Assembly: GCA_963804525.1 (NCBI GenBank) | Contig: CAWDQO010000006.1 | Span: forward strand, 154,500-218,499 | Direction of reading: 5' to 3' | DNA: 64,000 nucleotides | Source: an uncultured Thermoplasmata archaeon | GTDB lineage: Archaea > Thermoplasmatota > Thermoplasmata > Lutacidiplasmatales > UBA184 | In this document: positions 17,976-27,068 of the stretch, piece by piece | How positions within the stretch are numbered: position 1 is the stretch's first letter | Layout: each line of letters begins with the position of its first letter | The notes under the pieces: model-generated | Told to the model about the DNA's origin: nothing | Seen by the model: only the letters and a program-made list of their open reading frames with translations | The model's database searches: none | Made by a program: the position numbers and the translations under genes

Positions 17976-19138
17976 GTCCTCTCGAAGAGCGTCACGGTCG
18001 CACTCGCGCCGGACCCGCCGACGTTGTGCGTCAGGGCGCGCTCGACCCCGGGGATCTGGCGGGCCCCGGCGGCCGCCCGCAATTGGACGAACGCCTCGTA
18101 CGCCTGGCTCGCGCCCGATGCCCCGATCGGGTGGCCCTTCGCCTTCAGACCCCCGTCGGGGTTCACGGGGAGTCGTCCGCCCCGGGCGGTCGCGCCTTCG
18201 AGCGTCATCTCCGCCGCCTTGCCCGGCGCGGCGAACCCAAGGTCCTCGAGGGCGAGCAGCTCGGCGATGGTGAAGCAGTCGTGGACCTCGAGGAACCCGA
18301 CCTCCTTGCGACCGAACGAGGCGCGGCGGAACGCCTCGTCCGCGGCCCGTCGCGTCGCGGCGAGGCTGGTGAGGGAGTCCCGCTCCTGGAGCGCCAGGGC
18401 GTCCGACCCCGCGCCCGCGCCCGCTACCGCGACCGGCGTGTCGGTCATCGTCCGCGCCACGTCCTCCGACGCGAGGAGGAGCGCGACGGCGCCGTCCGTC
18501 ACGGGGCAACAGTCGAGGAGCCCGAGGGGGTCGGCGACCCGGGGGGCGGCGAGCACCTGGGCGCGGTCGATCGTCTTGTGGAATTGGGCGTTCGGGTTGA
18601 GCTGGCCGTTCGCGTGGTTCTTGACGGCCACCTCGGCGAGCGCCTCCGAAGGCGTCCCGTAGTCGGCCATGTGGCGGTTCGCCATCAGCGCGTAGACCCC
18701 CGCGAAGGTGAGGCCGGCGAGGCGCTCCCACTCCGTGTCGCCCGAGACCCCGAGCCAGTAGCGTCGGTGCGCGGACGGAGAGTCGGTCATCTTCTCGAGG
18801 CCGACCACGAGGACGACGTCCCGGTCGCCGCTCTCGATCGCCCGCACGCCAGCGCGGAGTGCGAACCCGGCGGAGGCACAGGCGTTCTCCACCCGGGTCA
18901 CCGGAGCGTGACGGAGGCGCGCCTCCTCCGCGACCACGGCGGACGGGTTGCCGAGCTGCCAGCCGGAGAATCCCAAGGTGCCGAGGAACGCTTCCTCGAC
19001 CCGGGAACGTTGGAGGCCGCGGTCCACCGAGCCGAACGCGGCATTGACCGCCGTGCGGAGGAGGGCGCGGGGTCCGTCCGGGACCACGCCGAACCGGGTG
19101 TGGCCCGCCCCGACCAATGCCGCTCGCCGCCGGGCCAA
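17972..19138 (-). CDS. archaeal-type thiolase (acetyl-CoA C-acetyltransferase)
   Basis: Active-site blocks VENACASAGFAL, EVHDCFT and GHPIGASG. Start assigned to TTG 19138 (MARRRAALVGAGHTRFG) with a GGGGGAG Shine-Dalgarno-like element upstream. The longer track ORF is unlikely. Confidence 0.85.
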   Translation of the reverse strand: MARRRAALVGAGHTRFGVVPDGPRALLRTAVNAAFGSVDRGLQRSRVEEAFLGTLGFSGWQLGNPSAVVAEEARLRHAPVTRVENACASAGFALRAGVRAIESGDRDVVLVVGLEKMTDSPSAHRRYWLGVSGDTEWERLAGLTFAGVYALMANRHMADYGTPSEALAEVAVKNHANGQLNPNAQFHKTIDRAQVLAAPRVADPLGLLDCCPVTDGAVALLLASEDVARTMTDTPVAVAGAGAGSDALALQERDSLTSLAATRRAADEAFRRASFGRKEVGFLEVHDCFTIAELLALEDLGFAAPGKAAEMTLEGATARGGRLPVNPDGGLKAKGHPIGASGASQAYEAFVQLRAAAGARQIPGVERALTHNVGGSGASATVTLFERT

Positions 19139-19205
19139 CGATGCTCCCCCGAACCGTCTTATCAACCGAGTCGTTGGACCGTATAAGCTGACCCGAGGAG
19201 CGGAT

Positions 19206-19781
19206 CTGCCGGAGCAACGAGCGGTCGTCATCGGCGTCAGCGGAGCGAGCGGCGCGCCGATCGCGGTCCGGGTCCTCGAGGCGCTCCAGACGGCCGGGGT
19301 CCCCGTGGCGCTCGTCGTCTCCGAGGGGGCCCGGGCGGTCCTCCGGGAGGAATGCGGGATCGACCCCGCGACGCTCTCGGCCAAGGCGAGCCGAGCGTTC
19401 GACGACCACGACCTCGCCGCCCCGATCGCGAGCGGCTCGGTCCCCACCCGCGGCATGGCGATCGTCCCGGCGTCGATGAACACGGTCGCGAAGGTCGCGC
19501 TGGGCCTCGGGGACTCGCTGCTGCTCCGGGCGGCCCAAGTGCATCTCAAGGAGCGGCGGCCGCTCGTGGTCGTCCCCCGGGAGACCCCGATCTCCGCGGT
19601 CCATCTGCGCCATCTCGCGACGCTCGCCGAGCTGGGCGTCGTCGTCCTCCCCGCCTCCCCGCCGTACTACACCCACCCGACGAGCGTGCAGGACCAGACC
19701 GACTACCTCGCCGGGAAAGTCCTCGACCAGTTTGGGGTCCCCCACGCGCTCTACCGGCCCTGGAAGGGAGGCACGCTGTGA
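19206..19781 (+). CDS. ubiX: flavin prenyltransferase UbiX (start unresolved)
   Basis: AVVIGVSGASGAPIAVRVLEAL...MAIVPASMNTVAKVA...LVVVPRETP are UbiX/Pad1 blocks. No ATG/GTG/TTG exists in frame between 18948 and the conserved N-terminus. 19206 is a CTG placeholder. A TATA-like GTATAAGC at 19181-19188 sits between this gene and the divergent thiolase. Confidence 0.75.
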   Translation: MPEQRAVVIGVSGASGAPIAVRVLEALQTAGVPVALVVSEGARAVLREECGIDPATLSAKASRAFDDHDLAAPIASGSVPTRGMAIVPASMNTVAKVALGLGDSLLLRAAQVHLKERRPLVVVPRETPISAVHLRHLATLAELGVVVLPASPPYYTHPTSVQDQTDYLAGKVLDQFGVPHALYRPWKGGTL

Positions 19782-20329
19782 GCGACCGGTCCGAGGCGCT
19801 CCGCCAGTGGTTCCCGACCCCGTTCGTCGCCATCGTCGTCCTCCTCCTCGTGCTGATCGTCCTCACGCCGAACCTCCTCTCCACCGCCGCGCCGTCGGCC
19901 GGCAGCCTCCCGACCGAGGCGGAGCTCATCGTCGACCGGGCGCCGTCCGACACCCAGACCCATCTCTACGTCCGCGGGCTCGGGCTCGTCCGGTACACCT
20001 CGGTCGAGATGGCGGTCGCGGGCAACTTCAGCTGGAACTCCCTTCCCCCGCTCGCGAACCTCTCGTTCGGCCCCCCGACGACCTGGAACGAGACCCTCCT
20101 GACGAGCACGACGACGGCCGCGAACCCGTTCGCGGTGAACGTCACCGCGGTCTACGTCGACGCCTCCGGGGCCCGGGTGGACTTCGTCGGAACGTTCGCG
20201 TTCGACCTCTCGGGCGGCGTCCTCGCCGAGGTCGTCTACGTCCCGGCGAGCCCGGGGATCACGACGACGCCGGTCGACGCGCTCCCCCTCGGCATCCTGC
20301 TCGAAACGGTCCCCGCGGGGTCGACGTGA
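19778..20329 (+). CDS. membrane-anchored hypothetical protein
   Basis: GTG 19778 overlaps the ubiX stop (GTGA). N-terminal TM (FVAIVVLLLVLIVLTPNLL) followed by a 150-aa extracytoplasmic-looking domain with N-x-S/T sequons. Confidence 0.5.
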   Translation: MSDRSEALRQWFPTPFVAIVVLLLVLIVLTPNLLSTAAPSAGSLPTEAELIVDRAPSDTQTHLYVRGLGLVRYTSVEMAVAGNFSWNSLPPLANLSFGPPTTWNETLLTSTTTAANPFAVNVTAVYVDASGARVDFVGTFAFDLSGGVLAEVVYVPASPGITTTPVDALPLGILLETVPAGST

Positions 20330-20673
20330 GGCCGACCCGCGCGATCGCGTTCTGGGTCGCCATCATCGCGGCCCTCCTGTTCGTCGAGGTCGCCGAACTG
20401 ACCCACCTATTCACCCTCCCCGTGCAGTCGGCGGTCGGGAACCTCCTGTCGTTCGTCTTCGCGCTCGTGTTCACGACGATCCTCGCCCTGATCGGCGCGC
20501 TCTTCGTCGGGATCTACATCTCGCAGCGGATGAACTCACCCGGCGGGTTCACCCGGTTCGAGGAGGAGATGCTGCGCATGCGCTCGGACGTCCAGCGGAT
20601 CTCCCAGGACGTCGCCGAGATGCGGAAACGCCTTCCGCCCGCGGACGACGACCCTCCGAAGGGGCCGGCGTGA
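20326..20673 (+). CDS. hypothetical membrane protein (2 TM plus amphipathic tail)
   Basis: GTG 20326 overlaps the preceding stop (GTGA). AIAFWVAIIAALLFVEV and LLSFVFALVFTTILALIGALFVGIYI are hydrophobic helices. Confidence 0.5.
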   Translation: MRPTRAIAFWVAIIAALLFVEVAELTHLFTLPVQSAVGNLLSFVFALVFTTILALIGALFVGIYISQRMNSPGGFTRFEEEMLRMRSDVQRISQDVAEMRKRLPPADDDPPKGPA

Positions 20674-21236
20674 GGATCTCGGTCGTCGACAACGGCGGGC
20701 AGTGGACCCACCGGGAGTACCGGATGCTCCGCGACCTCGACGTCGCCGCCGAAATCGTCCCGAACACCCGGCCGTGGGCGGAGATCCAGTCCGACGGGGT
20801 CGTCCTCAGCGGCGGCGCGCTCTCCCTCGAGGGGACCGACACCCGGCTCGGGGCGGTCGCCGACTGGATCGACGACGTCCCCGTCCCGGTCCTCGGCATC
20901 TGCGTCGGCCACCAGTTCCTCGGCCGCCACTTCGGCGGAAAGGTCGGGAAGGCCGCCCACCCGGAGTTCGGCCGCGTCACCGTGGAGGTCGAGGGGCGGG
21001 GCGACCGGTTGTTCGAGGGTCTCCCGGCGACGTTCACCGCGTGGGAGAATCACAACGACCACGTCCTCGAGCTTCCCCCCGGCTGGCGGGGGTTCGCCCG
21101 CTCGGAGACGTGCCCGATCCAGGCGATGGTCCACCCGACCCGGCCGGTCTGGGGGGTCCAATTCCACCCCGAGGTCGAGCATACCGAGGGGGGCCAGACG
21201 ATCTTCGAGAACTTCGTCAAGCTCTGCCGCCGCTAG
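20670..21236 (+). CDS. guaAA: GMP synthase, glutamine amidotransferase subunit A
   Basis: 188 aa class-I GATase: VVDNGGQWTHREYRML, GICVGHQ (catalytic Cys), FHPEV. GTG 20670 overlaps the preceding stop (GTGA). Confidence 0.85.
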   Translation: MRISVVDNGGQWTHREYRMLRDLDVAAEIVPNTRPWAEIQSDGVVLSGGALSLEGTDTRLGAVADWIDDVPVPVLGICVGHQFLGRHFGGKVGKAAHPEFGRVTVEVEGRGDRLFEGLPATFTAWENHNDHVLELPPGWRGFARSETCPIQAMVHPTRPVWGVQFHPEVEHTEGGQTIFENFVKLCRR

Positions 21237-21279
21237 CGCGCGTAAGGCGCTAAGTACGGCCCCCGGCTCGAAGGCCGGC

Positions 21280-22841
21280 ATGCGGGCGCGGCGCGCGAGC
21301 GGGGGTCGGGAGACCGACCTGGTCCGGCGGGCGTCGAAGCTTCGCGATTCGGTCGCGCCGCTCCTTCCCGAACGGGTCGGCGACGGCCCCTGGGCGAAGT
21401 TCGAACGCCGGCGCGACGACCTCGAGGCGGTCCGCGCGGTCCGGGACGACGAGGACGCGCTCGAGCGGCTCGCCAAACGCGGCGACCCGATGGCGCGGGC
21501 GCTCGCCGGCCTCCTCCGGTTCTACCACGACCCGGACGTCCCGGCGATGCTCGTCGCCCGGTACCCGTCCGGGGAGATCCCGTACGCCCCGTTCGGGCGG
21601 ACGACCCGCGAGGCGAACGTCGCGGTCCAGAACGCCGACGACCCGGCCCGCCTGATGATCGGGTACCTCGACTGGGCCCGCAAGGGGTTCTACTTCTTCG
21701 CGACCGAGCGGGTCCTCTACTGCACCGGTCGCACCCCCCACCCCCCCCAGACGTTCCTCGCCTCCCAGACCGAGTCCCAGCCGTACCGGCTCGCGCCGGC
21801 GGGGAGCGGCGACCGGTTCGATTGCCCCCACCTCGCCCGCGGAGAGCACCGCCCGTACCTGGCCGTCGAGTGGCCCTCGGCCCACCGGAGCTGGCGGGTC
21901 TGCCTGAGCTGCGCGAAGAACGAGCGCCAGCTCCTCGCGGCCCTGACGTCCCGGCTCGCCGTCCCGAAGCCGCTCCGCGAGTTCACGGTGGCTGCGAGCC
22001 TGAACGTCGATTGCCACGGCGGTCCCGACTGCGTCCACGCCGCCCTTCCCGACCTTCCCCGGGGGATCCGGAAGCGGTACCTCTTCGGCCGGTCGAGCGA
22101 CCGGGAGATGCTCGACGCGTACATCGCGGTCCTCACCCCCCGCCTCGACCGGACCCGGAACCCGGTGTTCGTCGCGGCCGGGGTGTGCTACGGGTCGGAC
22201 CGGGCGAAGTTCGTCGACGCCCTCAGCCCCACCGCGGAGGAGCGGGTCGCCCTCGAACGGACGCTCCCCTCCGTCGAGGGACGGTTCGAGATCGACGAGC
22301 CCCGCGCGAGCCGCGCCCTCGAGCGGCTGTGGCCGAAGCACGCGGAGGAGATCGTCGGCGCGATCGTCACCGACCCGCACGAGGCCGAACGGCTCGTCCG
22401 CGACGCCCGCTCCGCCCCGGGCCGGGTGAGCGAGCTCCTCGCCCGGGCCGCGAAGCGGGGCGCCGAGGAGGCCCGGCGGAAGGAGCTCCCGACGTTCCGG
22501 GGACTCGCGCCCGAAGCGGCGTACGTCGACGCCGTCGCCCGCGCGTACCGGTCCCGCGGTGCCGCCGCGGCGGAGAAGACGCTCATCGACCGGCTCCCCC
22601 GGGAAGGGAAGGAACGGGGGCTCGCCGTCGGGCTCCTCGCGGCGCTCGGTCGGCTGACCCCCCACGATTGGCAGTTCACCGAGACGGAGCGGAACTTCGG
22701 CACCGCCCTCGTCGAGGAGGCGAAGCCCGTCCTCAGCGGGCCGTCCGGCGGCTACCACGCGGCGCTCGACCGGCTCCTCGGGGCGGCGGGCGTCGTCCAC
22801 TGGGGGAACTCGCGGGCGACGACCCGACCGCGGGAACGTAA
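21280..22841 (+). CDS. Cys-rich conserved hypothetical protein (3' end uncertain)
   Basis: Well-composed 500-aa region with Cys motifs (DCPHLARGEH...VCLSCAKN, NVDCHGGPDCVH). As sequenced, the frame runs without a stop into the receiver gene (ORF 21280..23289). Adding one G to the G5 run at 22802-22806 ends it at TAA 22839-22841 (...VVHWGELAGDDPTAGT), just before a TATA-like element. Confidence 0.5.
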
Positions 22842-22850
22842 ACTTATAGG
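22838..22850 (+). promoter_or_regulatory. TATA/BRE-like element upstream of the receiver gene
   Basis: GTAAACTTATAGG is an A/T island in otherwise GC-rich DNA, about 50 nt upstream of ATG 22897. Confidence 0.35.
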
Positions 22851-22896
22851 CACGGGACGCCCCAAGTATCGTTGCCGGGTCGGGTCCCGGCAGCCC

Positions 22897-23289
22897 ATGA
22901 CCGCACCGTCACCCAGCGAAGCGACCGCCCTCGTCGTCGCCGGTGACGAGGAGACCCGGGTCCTCCTCCGCGGGCTCCTGCGGCTCCACCACTACCGGGT
23001 CGTCGGGGAGGCGGAAGGCGCCCACCAGGCGATCGACCTCCTCCGCCAGACCGCCCCGGGCGTGGTCGTCTCCGACGTGAACCTCGTGGACGGGACGTTC
23101 ACCGAAGTCCTCGAGGCCTCCAAGATCGTCGACCCCGCCCCGCGGGTCATCCTGGTCGTGCCGAGCACGCGGCCCCACGCCGCCTCGGATGCGCCTGTGC
23201 GCCCCGACGCCGTCCTCCAGCGGCCGTTCCGGATCCGCCAGTTCGCCGACGCGCTCGAAGGGACCGTCGCGACGACGCCCCCGGCCTAG
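22897..23289 (+). CDS. response-regulator receiver domain protein (stand-alone, CheY-like)
   Basis: 130 aa: ALVVAGDEE, VVVSDVNLVDG (putative phospho-acceptor Asp), VILVVPS. The usual Lys before Pro is Arg (LQRPF), so it may be atypical. Confidence 0.7.
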   Translation: MTAPSPSEATALVVAGDEETRVLLRGLLRLHHYRVVGEAEGAHQAIDLLRQTAPGVVVSDVNLVDGTFTEVLEASKIVDPAPRVILVVPSTRPHAASDAPVRPDAVLQRPFRIRQFADALEGTVATTPPA

Positions 23290-24065
23290 GGCGGCACCTT
23301 CGGCCGCCACCGGGCGACCGCATCGGTCTCGGCGAAGTGGAGCTCGGGCGCGGGCACGACGAGCGCGTGGAGCGGTGCGCCGAACGCGACCGAGGTCAGC
23401 GCCTCCCGGGTCCCCCACCAGGCCCCCGCGTCCGGCCGGCCGACGCGGGCCACGACGCCGAACTCGGTCGCTTCGTCCACCGCCGCTGCCCGGGCCGCCG
23501 CCCCCTCGAACCGCGCGAGCGCCTCGGGCGCGGTCAGGAACCGGCCCTCCGAGGGGCGGAGGTCGAGGAGGACGAGGGTGTGGGCTCCGGACCGGCGATT
23601 CGCGCCGACCGACGCGAACGGGGAGACGGGGTCGAACCCGGGGTCGGCGAACGGGAGGGAGGCGACCCGGCCGAACCGGTAATGCATGAGGCCGAGGAGG
23701 GAGGTCGCCGCGGTGAGGATCGAGGGCCCGGGGAGGTAGCGCCAACGGTGGCCCGCCGCTTCGGCCGCGAGGCGGAGCTGGACGTGGGTCGTCGCCACGA
23801 ACGGGTCGCCGGCGACGACGAGGGCGACCCGGTCGACCGATGCGAGCGCCTCGAGGAGGACCCGCTCGGCCTCGAGCTCGACCCGCGTCAGCCGCTCGAT
23901 GGGGCGGCTGAGCTCGGCTTCCAGGCGGTCGAGGGTGCCGGGGACGAGGAGGCTCGTATACTCCTCGGCGAACACCCGCCCGCACGAACCGAGGACCTCG
24001 ACCGCGCGTCGCGAGAGGTCCCGTTCGTCGCCGAGTCCGGCGCCGACGAACCAGAGGTCGGCCAT
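23286..24065 (-). CDS. dph5: diphthine synthase
   Basis: 259 aa. LWFVGAGLGDERDLSRRAVEVL, EEYTS, VALVVAGDPFVATTH and GPSILTA are the tetrapyrrole-methylase-fold blocks typical of Dph5/DphB. Confidence 0.9.
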   Translation of the reverse strand: MADLWFVGAGLGDERDLSRRAVEVLGSCGRVFAEEYTSLLVPGTLDRLEAELSRPIERLTRVELEAERVLLEALASVDRVALVVAGDPFVATTHVQLRLAAEAAGHRWRYLPGPSILTAATSLLGLMHYRFGRVASLPFADPGFDPVSPFASVGANRRSGAHTLVLLDLRPSEGRFLTAPEALARFEGAAARAAAVDEATEFGVVARVGRPDAGAWWGTREALTSVAFGAPLHALVVPAPELHFAETDAVARWRPKVPP

Positions 24066-24078
24066 GGCGGGGCGCCGG

Positions 24079-24882
24079 TCAACCCCGGACGGCGACGACC
24101 GGGCACGGCGCGGCCCGGAACAGCTCCTCGAGGAACCGTCGGGTGAGGAGCGGGCCTTCCGAGGGGGACGCCTCCTCCCCGACGATGAGGAGGCCGTACT
24201 TCTCCCGCGCCGCCTCCTTCAGGATGAGCTCGGGGAGCCGCTTGCGGCCGAGGAGAGTCTCCGAGAAGAGCGCGTGACGGCGGCGGAGGGGGACCCCGCG
24301 GGGGGACCGGGCCGGCCCCTCGTCCTCGGTCGCCCCACCACCGCGGGCTGCGATGGAGAGGGTGACGATCGGGACCCCCTTGTTCCGCAGCGCGATCTCC
24401 TCGGCGATCTGGAGTGCCTTCGGCGGCGGGCTCCCCGTGAACGTCGGGATGAGGATCCGGGCGACCTTCTCCTCGATGAGGCCGAGTCGGTTCACGACGA
24501 TCACGTCGCTCGCGGCGTGGTGGAGGAGCGCGCTCGCCGTGTGGCCCACGAACGGGTTGTGGCCCTTCCGGTCGCCCCGCAGGGTGAGCACGATCGCGCC
24601 GACGTTGTGGGTCTCAGCGCTTTCCAGAATCTCCCCGGCGACGTCCCGGCTCGCCCGGACCTCCGGGTCGACCCGGATGTCGAGCGCCGCCCCGGTCTCG
24701 TGGGCCGGGACGACGAGGTTCACCGACGCGCGCCACTGCCGGGTCACTTCCGGAAGGGTCGTCGTCGGGATCACGTGGAGGAGCCGGATGTCCCCGTCGA
24801 CCTCCAGCATCTGCGCCGCGAACCGGATCATCGGTTCGACCTCGGACGGCTCGTTGATGGGGATCAGGATCCGACGGTACAC
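24079..24882 (-). CDS. universal stress protein (tandem UspA domains)
   Basis: 267 aa. Two Usp-like halves (YRRILIPINEPSE...GHTASALLHHAASDVIVV and RILIPTFTGSPP...LLIVGEE...APCPVVAV). Confidence 0.85.
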   Translation of the reverse strand: MYRRILIPINEPSEVEPMIRFAAQMLEVDGDIRLLHVIPTTTLPEVTRQWRASVNLVVPAHETGAALDIRVDPEVRASRDVAGEILESAETHNVGAIVLTLRGDRKGHNPFVGHTASALLHHAASDVIVVNRLGLIEEKVARILIPTFTGSPPPKALQIAEEIALRNKGVPIVTLSIAARGGGATEDEGPARSPRGVPLRRRHALFSETLLGRKRLPELILKEAAREKYGLLIVGEEASPSEGPLLTRRFLEELFRAAPCPVVAVRG

Positions 24883-24994
24883 GGCTGCTCCTCACTCCCG
24901 CCGGGGGACCGGACCGTGGGGGTTCCCCTGACCGGGCCGAAGGCGGTGCCGTGGGATGGTCGGTCGTGCGGCAACCACGCGTCGCACCCCGGGA

Positions 24995-25090
24995 CTAGAA
25001 CTGCTCGGGGCGGGCCATCGAGTAGGCCAGATAGACGATCAAGAGGACGGCGATCCCCGTGAACACGACGAGTCCAAAGTTCTGGGCCAC
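24995..25090 (-). CDS. possible KdpF-like 31-aa membrane peptide (orphan)
   Basis: GTG 25090: MAQNFGLVVFTGIAVLLIVYLAYSMARPEQF. It has a single TM and a C-terminal YL.Y....PE.F pattern like KdpF peptides. No kdpABC nearby. All codons but three end in G/C. Confidence 0.3.
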   Translation of the reverse strand: MAQNFGLVVFTGIAVLLIVYLAYSMARPEQF

Positions 25091-25147
25091 GGCGGTCAGG
25101 AGTCCGGTCGTTGGCTTCGCCCTCCCGCCGGGACGAGTCGAGGCCGC

Positions 25148-26941
25148 CTATTTATCGCGCGCGCTCGAGGTCCGGGGGTCCTTCCGACGGCGTGCGGGGC
25201 GCGGGGTCGGTTCCCCGGACGGCAGTGCGGCGGGGGGGTCGGCCGCCGGTTCCGTCCCGGCCGCACGGGCCCTCCGGGAGTCCCGGCTGAGCCGTCGGAC
25301 GATCCGGACCATCGCCTCCTCTCGCCGTTCCTCGGCCTTCTGGTAGCCGACGTCCCGGGTTTCGCGGGTCAGGAGGAGGACCACCCGGCCGAGCGAGCTG
25401 CGGCCGGTCCGGCCCCGCCGCTGGATCGCCCGGATCTCGCTCGGGACCGACTCGAAGAAGACCACGAGGTCGACGTCCGGGACGTCGAGCCCCTCCTCCG
25501 CGACGCTGCTGGCGACGAGGATCGGGAACCTGCCGACCCGGAACTCGTTCAGCACCGTCGTCTGCTCGAGCTGGCTCATCCCCGGGTCGTCGGCGTCCCG
25601 GGTCGACTGACCGACGAACCGCCCGGCGGCCCAGCCCTGCGCGTCCAGCGCGGCCCGGATCCCCTGGATCGTGTCCCGGAACTGGGCGAACACGAGGATC
25701 CGCGGCGGACGGCCCCGCGGCTTGGAGAACTCCTCCCGGACGAGGTCGACGAGCGCGTCGACCTTCGGGTGGGACGTCGGATGGTCGGCGGCGAGGATCG
25801 CCCTCGCGGCGCCGAGCCCCTGCACGAGCTGGGGGACCTTGAGGAACGCCTGGTCGCCCCGCCCGACCTTCTGCTTCCCGGCGACCCGCTCGACATACTG
25901 GACGAACGGCTCGAGTCCCTGCGTTTCGAGCCGCTCGAGGGCGTGGTGGAGGTGGAGGAGAATGAGCTGGTGGAAGAGCGGTCCGAACTTCCGCGTCATC
26001 GGCCCGGGTCGGGCGAACACCTCCGACCGGAGCGCGATGAGGTCCTTCACCGAAAGCGACGCGAGCGGCTTCTTGCGGAGGTAGCCCATCTTCTGCAGGG
26101 TCCGGCCCTCGGCGAGGTTCGCCGCCCGGAGCCCCTCCTGGATGGCGCGGATCTCCGCGGGGAGGTCGACCCACCGGTGCTCGATGTCGACCGGTTGGAC
26201 GTACTCGCGGACCCCGTCCTCGTCCCGATGCCGCGCCTCGACGCGACGGACCCCGAGCACCCCGACGACCTCGTCGATCCTCGCCTGGGCGCCTCCCGGC
26301 GAGGCGGTGAGCCCCAGCAGCCGGGCCCCCGGACGGCGCTCCGCGCGGAACCGGGCCGCGACGGGAACGTACGCGTAGTTGCCGACCGCGTGGTGGGCCT
26401 CGTCGAAGACGAGGAGTCCGACATCCGCGAGCGAGTACCGCCCCGCGGCGGCGTCATGGTCGACGAGCTCCGGGGTGGAGAAGACGACCTCCGCCGACTC
26501 CCACGACCCCTCCCGGACCGGCTTCCGGACGGTGCCGGTGTACCGGGCGATCCGCAGCGGGCCGAACCACGAGCGGAACGCCTCGGCGTGTTGAACCACG
26601 AGCGGCCGGGTGGGGGCGAGGACGAGGACCTTCCCCGAGCCGCGGCGTACGACCTCCGCGGCGGCGAGCGCGGCGATCACGGTCTTGCCGAGCCCGGTCG
26701 GGAGGACCACCAGGAGGTCGTCCGCGATGGCGATCCGGGCGAGGTCGATCTGGAACGGGAGCGCGCGCAGCGTGGTGGGACGCAGGAGGGGATGGCGCAC
26801 CCAGCCGTCCTCGACCACCCAGATCCCCGGAAGCGCGGCGGGACGAGCGACGGGGGGCGGAGGCTCGGTTGGCGCCCCGGAGTCGAACTCCTCGAGCGTG
26901 CGGGCCTTCGTCACGCTCCGCTCCGCGGTCGCGAACGGCAC
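25148..26941 (-). CDS. superfamily-2 DEAH helicase, Hef/FANCM-like helicase domain (no nuclease domain)
   Basis: 597 aa. Motif I LPTGLGKT, motif II FDEAHHAVGNYAY, LGLTASPG, helicase-C motifs (QRRGRTGR). Basic low-complexity C-tail. Confidence 0.8.
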   Translation of the reverse strand: MPFATAERSVTKARTLEEFDSGAPTEPPPPVARPAALPGIWVVEDGWVRHPLLRPTTLRALPFQIDLARIAIADDLLVVLPTGLGKTVIAALAAAEVVRRGSGKVLVLAPTRPLVVQHAEAFRSWFGPLRIARYTGTVRKPVREGSWESAEVVFSTPELVDHDAAAGRYSLADVGLLVFDEAHHAVGNYAYVPVAARFRAERRPGARLLGLTASPGGAQARIDEVVGVLGVRRVEARHRDEDGVREYVQPVDIEHRWVDLPAEIRAIQEGLRAANLAEGRTLQKMGYLRKKPLASLSVKDLIALRSEVFARPGPMTRKFGPLFHQLILLHLHHALERLETQGLEPFVQYVERVAGKQKVGRGDQAFLKVPQLVQGLGAARAILAADHPTSHPKVDALVDLVREEFSKPRGRPPRILVFAQFRDTIQGIRAALDAQGWAAGRFVGQSTRDADDPGMSQLEQTTVLNEFRVGRFPILVASSVAEEGLDVPDVDLVVFFESVPSEIRAIQRRGRTGRSSLGRVVLLLTRETRDVGYQKAEERREEAMVRIVRRLSRDSRRARAAGTEPAADPPAALPSGEPTPRPARRRKDPRTSSARDK

Positions 26942-27068
26942 CGGCGGGATATCCGCTTCGGAACACCGAGCGGTCGAGGGGGCCGGGACCGCCGATGGGG
27001 CGGTCGATCGACCACGACCCTAGGCTCCTTATACTCCGGACCGAACCTCGGTTCCGGACCCGGCTCCC

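Noticed and set aside
19141-19205. ubiX start at ATG 19141 obtained by adding one C to the C5 run at 19146-19150
   Set aside because: It would place the ubiX start 3 nt from the divergent thiolase start and upstream of the shared TATA-like element (19181-19188), leaving no promoter space. The start is left unresolved.
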